DNA of 64,000 nt from Eledone cirrhosa (lineage: Eukaryota), in NCBI GenBank assembly GCA_964016885.1, contig OZ024743.1, positions 223,572,001 through 223,636,000 on the forward strand, given 5' to 3'. Of the stretch, positions 25,278-38,100 are shown in pieces. The notes under the pieces are model-generated. The model saw only the letters and a program-made list of their open reading frames with translations, had not been told where the DNA came from and did not search any database. The position numbers were made by a program, and so were the translations under genes. Numbering within the stretch: position 1 is the first letter of the stretch; every line of letters begins with the position of its first letter.

Positions 25278-25285
25278 ATTTGCAT
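25278..25285 (-). promoter_or_regulatory. Octamer motif ATGCAAAT, one per unit; candidate snRNA-type distal element
   Basis: ATTTGCAT on +, about 92 bp upstream of the HHR core on the ribozyme strand; also present in the diverged monomer (17027-17034). Function is inferred. Confidence 0.45.
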
Positions 25286-28200
25286 AGAGTGTGAGTAAGT
25301 ACCGGTTCAACGGAGACGATAAAAACAAATAACGAAACGAAATTAAATTTCGTTTCATTTGTAACTCACTTTTGTATGACTGACGCTTAAACAATTAAGT
25401 TAAAGATGTACATCCATATATGTATACTGAAATACTAGTATGTATATGAATACACACACGTATACATATGTAGATGTACCAAGTTTTTTCACTGGTCACT
25501 TTACTGCGAGTGGCCAGCTATTCTGTATGTAAACACACAGACAAACCGGTTTTTAGAGTCATACTGGTTTTTGAGGAAACACCTTTCCTCTATTCTCTAG
25601 AAAGCCAGACAAGGAATATTGAACTAGTTTCGTTGTTGTTACAACTCATCAGCAATATTTACCTATCTTCCGGCCTCTCTAGAGAATCGTAAAAGCACAT
25701 ATCGCTATATGCTTTTTCTATGAAAATTAGTAGTGGGCATACTAATTTGCATAGAGTGTGAGTAAGTACCGGTTCAACGGAGACGATAAAAACAAATAAC
25801 GAAACGAAATTAAATTTCGTTTCATTTGTAACTCACTTTTGTATGACTGACGCTTAAACAATTAAGTTAAAGATGTACATCCATATATGTATACTGAAAT
25901 ACTAGTATGTATATGAATACACACACGTATACATATGTAGATGTACCAAGTTTTTTCACTGGTCACTTTACTGCGAGTGGCCAGCTATTCTGTATGTAAA
26001 CACACAGACAAACCGGTTTTTAGAGTCATACTGGTTTTTGAGGAAACACCTTTCCTCTATTCTCTAGAAAGCCAGACAAGGAATATTGAACTAGTTTCGT
26101 TGTTGTTACAACTCATCAGCAATATTTACCTATCTTCCGGCCTCTCTAGAGAATCGTAAAAGCACATATCGCTATATGCTTTTTCTATGAAAATTAGTAG
26201 TGGGCATACTAATTTGCATAGAGTGTGAGTAAGTACCGGTTCAACGGAGACGATAAAAACAAATAACGAAACGAAATTAAATTTCGTTTCATTTGTAACT
26301 CACTTTTGTATGACTGACGCTTAAACAATTAAGTTAAAGATGTACATCCATATATGTATACTGAAATACTAGTATGTATATGAATACACACACGTATACA
26401 TATGTAGATGTACCAAGTTTTTTCACTGGTCACTTTACTGCGAGTGGCCAGCTATTCTGTATGTAAACACACAGACAAACCGGTTTTTAGAGTCATACTG
26501 GTTTTTGAGGAAACACCTTTCCTCTATTCTCTAGAAAGCCAGACAAGGAATATTGAACTAGTTTCGTTGTTGTTACAACTCATCAGCAATATTTACCTAT
26601 CTTCCGGCCTCTCTAGAGAATCGTAAAAGCACATATCGCTATATGCTTTTTCTATGAAAATTAGTAGTGGGCATACTAATTTGCATAGAGTGTGAGTAAG
26701 TACCGGTTCAACGGAGACGATAAAAACAAATAACGAAACGAAATTAAATTTCGTTTCATTTGTAACTCACTTTTGTATGACTGACGCTTAAACAATTAAG
26801 TTAAAGATGTACATCCATATATGTATACTGAAATACTAGTATGTATATGAATACACACACGTATACATATGTAGATGTACCAAGTTTTTTCACTGGTCAC
26901 TTTACTGCGAGTGGCCAGCTATTCTGTATGTAAACACACAGACAAACCGGTTTTTAGAGTCATACTGGTTTTTGAGGAAACACCTTTCCTCTATTCTCTA
27001 GAAAGCCAGACAAGGAATATTGAACTAGTTTCGTTGTTGTTACAACTCATCAGCAATATTTACCTATCTTCCGGCCTCTCTAGAGAATCGTAAAAGCACA
27101 TATCGCTATATGCTTTTTCTATGAAAATTAGTAGTGGGCATACTAATTTGCATAGAGTGTGAGTAAGTACCGGTTCAACGGAGACGATAAAAACAAATAA
27201 CGAAACGAAATTAAATTTCGTTTCATTTGTAACTCACTTTTGTATGACTGACGCTTAAACAATTAAGTTAAAGATGTACATCCATATATGTATACTGAAA
27301 TACTAGTATGTATATGAATATACACACGTATACATATGTAGATGTACCAAGTTTTTTCACTGGTCACTTTACTGCGAGTGGCCAGCTATTCTGTATGTAA
27401 ACACACAGACAAACCGGTTTTTAGAGTCATACTGGTTTTTGAGGAAACACCTTTCCTCTATTCTCTAGAAAGCCAGACAAGGAATATTGAACTAGTTTCG
27501 TTGTTGTTACAACTCATCAGCAATATTTACCTATCTTCCGGCCTCTCTAGAGAATCGTAAAAGCACATATCGCTATATGCTTTTTCTATGAAAATTAGTA
27601 GTGGGCATACTAATTTGCATAGAGTGTGAGTAAGTACCGGTTCAACGGAGACGATAAAAACAAATAACGAAACGAAATTAAATTTCGTTTCATTTGTAAC
27701 TCACTTTTGTATGACTGACGCTTAAACAATTAAGTTAAAGATGTACATCCATATATGTATACTGAAATACTAGTATGTATATGAATACACACACGTATAC
27801 ATATGTAGATGTACCAAGTTTTTTCACTGGTCACTTTACTGCGAGTGGCCAGCTATTCTGTATGTAAACACACAGACAAACCGGTTTTTAGAGTCATACT
27901 GGTTTTTGAGGAAACACCTTTCCTCTATTCTCTAGAAAGCCAGACAAGGAATATTGAACTAGTTTCGTTGTTGTTACAACTCATCAGCAATATTTACCTA
28001 TCTTCCGGCCTCTCTAGAGAATCGTAAAAGCACATATCGCTATATGCTTTTTCTATGAAAATTAGTAGTGGGCATACTAATTTGCATAGAGTGTGAGTAA
28101 GTACCGGTTCAACGGAGACGATAAAAACAAATAACGAAACGAAATTAAATTTCGTTTCATTTGTAACTCACTTTTGTATGACTGACGCTTAAACAATTAA

Positions 28201-31200
28201 GTTAAAGATGTACATCCATATATGTATACTGAAATACTAGTATGTATATGAATACACACACGTATACATATGTAGATGTACCAAGTTTTTTCACTGGTCA
28301 CTTTACTGCGAGTGGCCAGCTATTCTGTATGTAAACACACAGACAAACCGGTTTTTAGAGTCATACTGGTTTTTGAGGAAACACCTTTCCTCTATTCTCT
28401 AGAAAGCCAGACAAGGAATATTGAACTAGTTTCGTTGTTGTTACAACTCATCAGCAATATTTACCTATCTTCCGGCCTCTCTAGAGAATCGTAAAAGCAC
28501 ATATCGCTATATGCTTTTTCTATGAAAATTAGTAGTGGGCATACTAATTTGCATAGAGTGTGAGTAAGTACCGGTTCAACGGAGACGATAAAAACAAATA
28601 ACGAAACGAAATTAAATTTCGTTTCATTTGTAACTCACTTTTGTATGACTGACGCTTAAACAATTAAGTTAAAGATGTACATCCATATATGTATACTGAA
28701 ATACTAGTATGTATATGAATACACACACGTATACATATGTAGATGTACCAAGTTTTTTCACTGGTCACTTTACTGCGAGTGGCCAGCTATTCTGTATGTA
28801 AACACACAGACAAACCGGTTTTTAGAGTCATACTGGTTTTTGAGGAAACACCTTTCCTCTATTCTCTAGAAAGCCAGACAAGGAATATTGAACTAGTTTC
28901 GTTGTTGTTACAACTCATCAGCAATATTTACCTATCTTCCGGCCTCTCTAGAGAATCGTAAAAGCACATATCGCTATATGCTTTTTCTATGAAAATTAGT
29001 AGTGGGCATACTAATTTGCATAGAGTGTGAGTAAGTACCGGTTCAACGGAGACGATAAAAACAAATAACGAAACGAAATTAAATTTCGTTTCATTTGTAA
29101 CTCACTTTTGTATGACTGACGCTTAAACAATTAAGTTAAAGATGTACATCCATATATGTATACTGAAATACTAGTATGTATATGAATACACACACGTATA
29201 CATATGTAGATGTACCAAGTTTTTTCACTGGTCACTTTACTGCGAGTGGCCAGCTATTCTGTATGTAAACACACAGACAAACCGGTTTTTAGAGTCATAC
29301 TGGTTTTTGAGGAAACACCTTTCCTCTATTCTCTAGAAAGCCAGACAAGGAATATTGAACTAGTTTCGTTGTTGTTACAACTCATCAGCAATATTTACCT
29401 ATCTTCCGGCCTCTCTAGAGAATCGTAAAAGCACATATCGCTATATGCTTTTTCTATGAAAATTAGTAGTGGGCATACTAATTTGCATAGAGTGTGAGTA
29501 AGTACCGGTTCAACGGAGACGATAAAAACAAATAACGAAACGAAATTAAATTTCGTTTCATTTGTAACTCACTTTTGTATGACTGACGCTTAAACAATTA
29601 AGTTAAAGATGTACATCCATATATGTATACTGAAATACTAGTATGTATATGAATACACACACGTATACATATGTAGATGTACCAAGTTTTTTCACTGGTC
29701 ACTTTACTGCGAGTGGCCAGCTATTCTGTATGTAAACACACAGACAAACCGGTTTTTAGAGTCATACTGGTTTTTGAGGAAACACCTTTCCTCTATTCTC
29801 TAGAAAGCCAGACAAGGAATATTGAACTAGTTTCGTTGTTGTTACAACTCATCAGCAATATTTACCTATCTTCCGGCCTCTCTAGAGAATCGTAAAAGCA
29901 CATATCGCTATATGCTTTTTCTATGAAAATTAGTAGTGGGCATACTAATTTGCATAGAGTGTGAGTAAGTACCGGTTCAACGGAGACGATAAAAACAAAT
30001 AACGAAACGAAATTAAATTTCGTTTCATTTGTAACTCACTTTTGTATGACTGACGCTTAAACAATTAAGTTAAAGATGTACATCCATATATGTATACTGA
30101 AATACTAGTATGTATATGAATACACACACGTATACATATGTAGATGTACCAAGTTTTTTCACTGGTCACTTTACTGCGAGTGGCCAGCTATTCTGTATGT
30201 AAACACACAGACAAACCGGTTTTTAGAGTCATACTGGTTTTTGAGGAAACACCTTTCCTCTATTCTCTAGAAAGCCAGACAAGGAATATTGAACTAGTTT
30301 CGTTGTTGTTACAACTCATCAGCAATATTTACCTATCTTCCGGCCTCTCTAGAGAATCGTAAAAGCACATATCGCTATATGCTTTTTCTATGAAAATTAG
30401 TAGTGGGCATACTAATTTGCATAGAGTGTGAGTAAGTACCGGTTCAACGGAGACGATAAAAACAAATAACGAAACGAAATTAAATTTCGTTTCATTTGTA
30501 ACTCACTTTTGTATGACTGACGCTTAAACAATTAAGTTAAAGATGTACATCCATATATGTATACTGAAATACTAGTATGTATATGAATACACACACGTAT
30601 ACATATGTAGATGTACCAAGTTTTTTCACTGGTCACTTTACTGCGAGTGGCCAGCTATTCTGTATGTAAACACACAGACAAACCGGTTTTTAGAGTCATA
30701 CTGGTTTTTGAGGAAACACCTTTCCTCTATTCTCTAGAAAGCCAGACAAGGAATATTGAACTAGTTTCGTTGTTGTTACAACTCATCAGCAATATTTACC
30801 TATCTTCCGGCCTCTCTAGAGAATCGTAAAAGCACATATCGCTATATGCTTTTTCTATGAAAATTAGTAGTGGGCATACTAATTTGCATAGAGTGTGAGT
30901 AAGTACCGGTTCAACGGAGACGATAAAAACAAATAACGAAACGAAATTAAATTTCGTTTCATTTGTAACTCACTTTTGTATGACTGACGCTTAAACAATT
31001 AAGTTAAAGATGTACATCCATATATGTATACTGAAATACTAGTATGTATATGAATACACACACGTATACATATGTAGATGTACCAAGTTTTTTCACTGGT
31101 CACTTTACTGCGAGTGGCCAGCTATTCTGTATGTAAACACACAGACAAACCGGTTTTTAGAGTCATACTGGTTTTTGAGGAAACACCTTTCCTCTATTCT

Positions 31201-34200
31201 CTAGAAAGCCAGACAAGGAATATTGAACTAGTTTCGTTGTTGTTACAACTCATCAGCAATATTTACCTATCTTCAGGCCTCTCTAGAGAATCGTAAAAGC
31301 ACATATCGCTATATGCTTTTTCTATGAAAATTAGTAGTGGGCATACTAATTTGCATAGAGTGTGAGTAAGTACCGGTTCAACGGAGACGATAAAAACAAA
31401 TAACGAAACGAAATTAAATTTCGTTTCATTTGTAACTCACTTTTGTATGACTGACGCTTAAACAATTAAGTTAAAGATGTACATCCATATATGTATACTG
31501 AAATACTAGTATGTATATGAATACACACACGTATACATATGTAGATGTACCAAGTTTTTTCACTGGTCACTTTACTGCGAGTGGCCAGCTATTCTGTATG
31601 TAAACACACAGACAAACCGGTTTTTAGAGTCATACTGGTTTTTGAGGAAACACCTTTCCTCTATTCTCTAGAAAGCCAGACAAGGAATATTGAACTAGTT
31701 TCGTTGTTGTTACAACTCATCAGCAATATTTACCTATCTTCCGGCCTCTCTAGAGAATCGTAAAAGCACATATCGCTATATGCTTTTTCTATGAAAATTA
31801 GTAGTGGGCATACTAATTTGCATAGAGTGTGAGTAAGTACCGGTTCAACGGAGACGATAAAAACAAATAACGAAACGAAATTAAATTTCGTTTCATTTGT
31901 AACTCACTTTTGTATGACTGACGCTTAAACAATTAAGTTAAAGATGTACATCCATATATGTATACTGAAATACTAGTATGTATATGAATACACACACGTA
32001 TACATATGTAGATGTACCAAGTTTTTTCACTGGTCACTTTACTGCGAGTGGCCAGCTATTCTGTATGTAAACACACAGACAAACCGGTTTTTAGAGTCAT
32101 ACTGGTTTTTGAGGAAACACCTTTCCTCTATTCTCTAGAAAGCCAGACAAGGAATATTGAACTAGTTTCGTTGTTGTTACAACTCATCAGCAATATTTAC
32201 CTATCTTCCGGCCTCTCTAGAGAATCGTAAAAGCACATATCGCTATATGCTTTTTCTATGAAAATTAGTAGTGGGCATACTAATTTGCATAGAGTGTGAG
32301 TAAGTACCGGTTCAACGGAGACGATAAAAACAAATAACGAAACGAAATTAAATTTCGTTTCATTTGTAACTCACTTTTGTATGACTGACGCTTAAACAAT
32401 TAAGTTAAAGATGTACATCCATATATGTATACTGAAATACTAGTATGTATATGAATACACACACGTATACATATGTAGATGTACCAAGTTTTTTCACTGG
32501 TCACTTTACTGCGAGTGGCCAGCTATTCTGTATGTAAACACACAGACAAACCGGTTTTTAGAGTCATACTGGTTTTTGAGGAAACACCTTTCCTCTATTC
32601 TCTAGAAAGCCAGACAAGGAATATTGAACTAGTTTCGTTGTTGTTACAACTCATCAGCAATATTTACCTATCTTCCGGCCTCTCTAGAGAATCGTAAAAG
32701 CACATATCGCTATATGCTTTTTCTATGAAAATTAGTAGTGGGCATACTAATTTGCATAGAGTGTGAGTAAGTACCGGTTCAACGGAGACGATAAAAACAA
32801 ATAACGAAACGAAATTAAATTTCGTTTCATTTGTAACTCACTTTTGTATGACTGACGCTTAAACAATTAAGTTAAAGATGTACATCCATATATGTATACT
32901 GAAATACTAGTATGTATATGAATACACACACGTATACATATGTAGATGTACCAAGTTTTTTCACTGGTCACTTTACTGCGAGTGGCCAGCTATTCTGTAT
33001 GTAAACACACAGACAAACCGGTTTTTAGAGTCATACTGGTTTTTGAGGAAACACCTTTCCTCTATTCTCTAGAAAGCCAGACAAGGAATATTGAACTAGT
33101 TTCGTTGTTGTTACAACTCATCAGCAATATTTACCTATCTTCCGGCCTCTCTAGAGAATCGTAAAAGCACATATCGCTATATGCTTTTTCTATGAAAATT
33201 AGTAGTGGGCATACTAATTTGCATAGAGTGTGAGTAAGTACCGGTTCAACGGAGACGATAAAAACAAATAACGAAACGAAATTAAATTTCGTTTCATTTG
33301 TAACTCACTTTTGTATGACTGACGCTTAAACAATTAAGTTAAAGATGTACATCCATATATGTATACTGAAATACTAGTATGTATATGAATACACACACGT
33401 ATACATATGTAGATGTACCAAGTTTTTTCACTGGTCACTTTACTGCGAGTGGCCAGCTATTCTGTATGTAAACACACAGACAAACCGGTTTTTAGAGTCA
33501 TACTGGTTTTTGAGGAAACACCTTTCCTCTATTCTCTAGAAAGCCAGACAAGGAATATTGAACTAGTTTCGTTGTTGTTACAACTCATCAGCAATATTTA
33601 CCTATCTTCCGGCCTCTCTAGAGAATCGTAAAAGCACATATCGCTATATGCTTTTTCTATGAAAATTAGTAGTGGGCATACTAATTTGCATAGAGTGTGA
33701 GTAAGTACCGGTTCAACGGAGACGATAAAAACAAATAACGAAACGAAATTAAATTTCGTTTCATTTGTAACTCACTTTTGTATGACTGACGCTTAAACAA
33801 TTAAGTTAAAGATGTACATCCATATATGTATACTGAAATACTAGTATGTATATGAATACACACACGTATACATATGTAGATGTACCAAGTTTTTTCACTG
33901 GTCACTTTACTGCGAGTGGCCAGCTATTCTGTATGTAAACACACAGACAAACCGGTTTTTAGAGTCATACTGGTTTTTGAGGAAACACCTTTCCTCTATT
34001 CTCTAGAAAGCCAGACAAGGAATATTGAACTAGTTTCGTTGTTGTTACAACTCATCAGCAATATTTACCTATCTTCCGGCCTCTCTAGAGAATCGTAAAA
34101 GCACATATCGCTATATGCTTTTTCTATGAAAATTAGTAGTGGGCATACTAATTTGCATAGAGTGTGAGTAAGTACCGGTTCAACGGAGACGATAAAAACA

Positions 34201-35089
34201 AATAACGAAACGAAATTAAATTTCGTTTCATTTGTAACTCACTTTTGTATGACTGACGCTTAAACAATTAAGTTAAAGATGTACATCCATATATGTATAC
34301 TGAAATACTAGTATGTATATGAATACACACACGTATACATATGTAGATGTACCAAGTTTTTTCACTGGTCACTTTACTGCGAGTGGCCAGCTATTCTGTA
34401 TGTAAACACACAGACAAACCGGTTTTTAGAGTCATACTGGTTTTTGAGGAAACACCTTTCCTCTATTCTCTAGAAAGCCAGACAAGGAATATTGAACTAG
34501 TTTCGTTGTTGTTACAACTCATCAGCAATATTTACCTATCTTCCGGCCTCTCTAGAGAATCGTAAAAGCACATATCGCTATATGCTTTTTCTATGAAAAT
34601 TAGTAGTGGGCATACTAATTTGCATAGAGTGTGAGTAAGTACCGGTTCAACGGAGACGATAAAAACAAATAACGAAACGAAATTAAATTTCGTTTCATTT
34701 GTAACTCACTTTTGTATGACTGACGCTTAAACAATTAAGTTAAAGATGTACATCCATATATGTATACTGAAATACTAGTATGTATATGAATACACACACG
34801 TATACATATGTAGATGTACCAAGTTTTTTCACTGGTCACTTTACTGCGAGTGGCCAGCTATTCTGTATGTAAACACACAGACAAACCGGTTTTTAGAGTC
34901 ATACTGGTTTTTGAGGAAACACCTTTCCTCTATTCTCTAGAAAGCCAGACAAGGAATATTGAACTAGTTTCGTTGTTGTTACAACTCATCAGCAATATTT
35001 ACCTATCTTCCGGCCTCTCTAGAGAATCGTAAAAGCACATATCGCTATATGTGCTTTTACGATTCTCTAGAGAGGCCTGAAGATAGGTA

Positions 35090-35134
35090 AATATTGCTGA
35101 TGAGTTGTAACAACAACGAAACTAGTTCAATATT
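35090..35134 (+). ncRNA. Minimal type I hammerhead ribozyme, first of 13 right-arm copies
   Basis: AAUAUUG CUGAUGA GUUGU AACA ACAAC GAAA CUAG UU CAAUAUU: 7-bp stem I, exact core, 5-bp stem II, palindromic ACUAGU stem III, predicted cleavage after GUU (35127). Confidence 0.92.
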
Positions 35135-38100
35135 CCTTGTCTGGCTTTCTAGAGAATAGAGGAAAGGTGTTTCCTCAAAAACCAGTATGACTCTAAAAAC
35201 CGGTTTGTCTGTGTGTTTACATACAGAATAGCTGGCCACTCGCAGTAAAGTGACCAGTGAAAAAACTTGGTACATCTACATATGTATACGTGTGTGTATT
35301 CATATACATACTAGTATTTCAGTATACATATATGGATGTACATCTTTAACTTAATTGTTTAAGCGTCAGTCATACAAAAGTGAGTTACAAATGAAACGAA
35401 ATTTAATTTCGTTTCGTTATTTGTTTTTATCGTCTCCGTTGAACCGGTACTTACTCACACTCTATGCAAATTAGTATGCCCACTACTAATTTTCATAGAA
35501 AAAGCATATAGCGATATGTGCTTTTACGATTCTCTAGAGAGGCCGGAAGATAGGTAAATATTGCTGATGAGTTGTAACAACAACGAAACTAGTTCAATAT
35601 TCCTTGTCTGGCTTTCTAGAGAATAGAGGAAAGGTGTTTCCTCAAAAACCAGTATGACTCTAAAAACCGGTTTGTCTGTGTGTTTACATACAGAATAGCT
35701 GGCCACTCGCAGTAAAGTGACCAGTGAAAAAACTTGGTACATCTACATATGTATACGTGTGTGTATTCATATACATACTAGTATTTCAGTATACATATAT
35801 GGATGTACATCTTTAACTTAATTGTTTAAGCGTCAGTCATACAAAAGTGAGTTACAAATGAAACGAAATTTAATTTCGTTTCGTTATTTGTTTTTATCGT
35901 CTCCGTTGAACCGGTACTTACTCACACTCTATGCAAATTAGTATGCCCACTACTAATTTTCATAGAAAAAGCATATAGCGATATGTGCTTTTACGATTCT
36001 CTAGAGAGGCCGGAAGATAGGTAAATATTGCTGATGAGTTGTAACAACAACGAAACTAGTTCAATATTCCTTGTCTGGCTTTCTAGAGAATAGAGGAAAG
36101 GTGTTTCCTCAAAAACCAGTATGACTCTAAAAACCGGTTTGTCTGTGTGTTTACATACAGAATAGCTGGCCACTCGCAGTAAAGTGACCAGTGAAAAAAC
36201 TTGGTACATCTACATATGTATACGTGTGTGTATTCATATACATACTAGTATTTCAGTATACATATATGGATGTACATCTTTAACTTAATTGTTTAAGCGT
36301 CAGTCATACAAAAGTGAGTTACAAATGAAACGAAATTTAATTTCGTTTCGTTATTTGTTTTTATCGTCTCCGTTGAACCGGTACTTACTCACACTCTATG
36401 CAAATTAGTATGCCCACTACTAATTTTCATAGAAAAAGCATATAGCGATATGTGCTTTTACGATTCTCTAGAGAGGCCGGAAGATAGGTAAATATTGCTG
36501 ATGAGTTGTAACAACAACGAAACTAGTTCAATATTCCTTGTCTGGCTTTCTAGAGAATAGAGGAAAGGTGTTTCCTCAAAAACCAGTATGACTCTAAAAA
36601 CCGGTTTGTCTGTGTGTTTACATACAGAATAGCTGGCCACTCGCAGTAAAGTGACCAGTGAAAAAACTTGGTACATCTACATATGTATACGTGTGTGTAT
36701 TCATATACATACTAGTATTTCAGTATACATATATGGATGTACATCTTTAACTTAATTGTTTAAGCGTCAGTCATACAAAAGTGAGTTACAAATGAAACGA
36801 AATTTAATTTCGTTTCGTTATTTGTTTTTATCGTCTCCGTTGAACCGGTACTTACTCACACTCTATGCAAATTAGTATGCCCACTACTAATTTTCATAGA
36901 AAAAGCATATAGCGATATGTGCTTTTACGATTCTCTAGAGAGGCCGGAAGATAGGTAAATATTGCTGATGAGTTGTAACAACAACGAAACTAGTTCAATA
37001 TTCCTTGTCTGGCTTTCTAGAGAATAGAGGAAAGGTGTTTCCTCAAAAACCAGTATGACTCTAAAAACCGGTTTGTCTGTGTGTTTACATACAGAATAGC
37101 TGGCCACTCGCAGTAAAGTGACCAGTGAAAAAACTTGGTACATCTACATATGTATACGTGTGTGTATTCATATACATACTAGTATTTCAGTATACATATA
37201 TGGATGTACATCTTTAACTTAATTGTTTAAGCGTCAGTCATACAAAAGTGAGTTACAAATGAAACGAAATTTAATTTCGTTTCGTTATTTGTTTTTATCG
37301 TCTCCGTTGAACCGGTACTTACTCACACTCTATGCAAATTAGTATGCCCACTACTAATTTTCATAGAAAAAGCATATAGCGATATGTGCTTTTACGATTC
37401 TCTAGAGAGGCCGGAAGATAGGTAAATATTGCTGATGAGTTGTAACAACAACGAAACTAGTTCAATATTCCTTGTCTGGCTTTCTAGAGAATAGAGGAAA
37501 GGTGTTTCCTCAAAAACCAGTATGACTCTAAAAACCGGTTTGTCTGTGTGTTTACATACAGAATAGCTGGCCACTCGCAGTAAAGTGACCAGTGAAAAAA
37601 CTTGGTACATCTACATATGTATACGTGTGTGTATTCATATACATACTAGTATTTCAGTATACATATATGGATGTACATCTTTAACTTAATTGTTTAAGCG
37701 TCAGTCATACAAAAGTGAGTTACAAATGAAACGAAATTTAATTTCGTTTCGTTATTTGTTTTTATCGTCTCCGTTGAACCGGTACTTACTCACACTCTAT
37801 GCAAATTAGTATGCCCACTACTAATTTTCATAGAAAAAGCATATAGCGATATGTGCTTTTACGATTCTCTAGAGAGGCCGGAAGATAGGTAAATATTGCT
37901 GATGAGTTGTAACAACAACGAAACTAGTTCAATATTCCTTGTCTGGCTTTCTAGAGAATAGAGGAAAGGTGTTTCCTCAAAAACCAGTATGACTCTAAAA
38001 ACCGGTTTGTCTGTGTGTTTACATACAGAATAGCTGGCCACTCGCAGTAAAGTGACCAGTGAAAAAACTTGGTACATCTACATATGTATACGTGTGTGTA

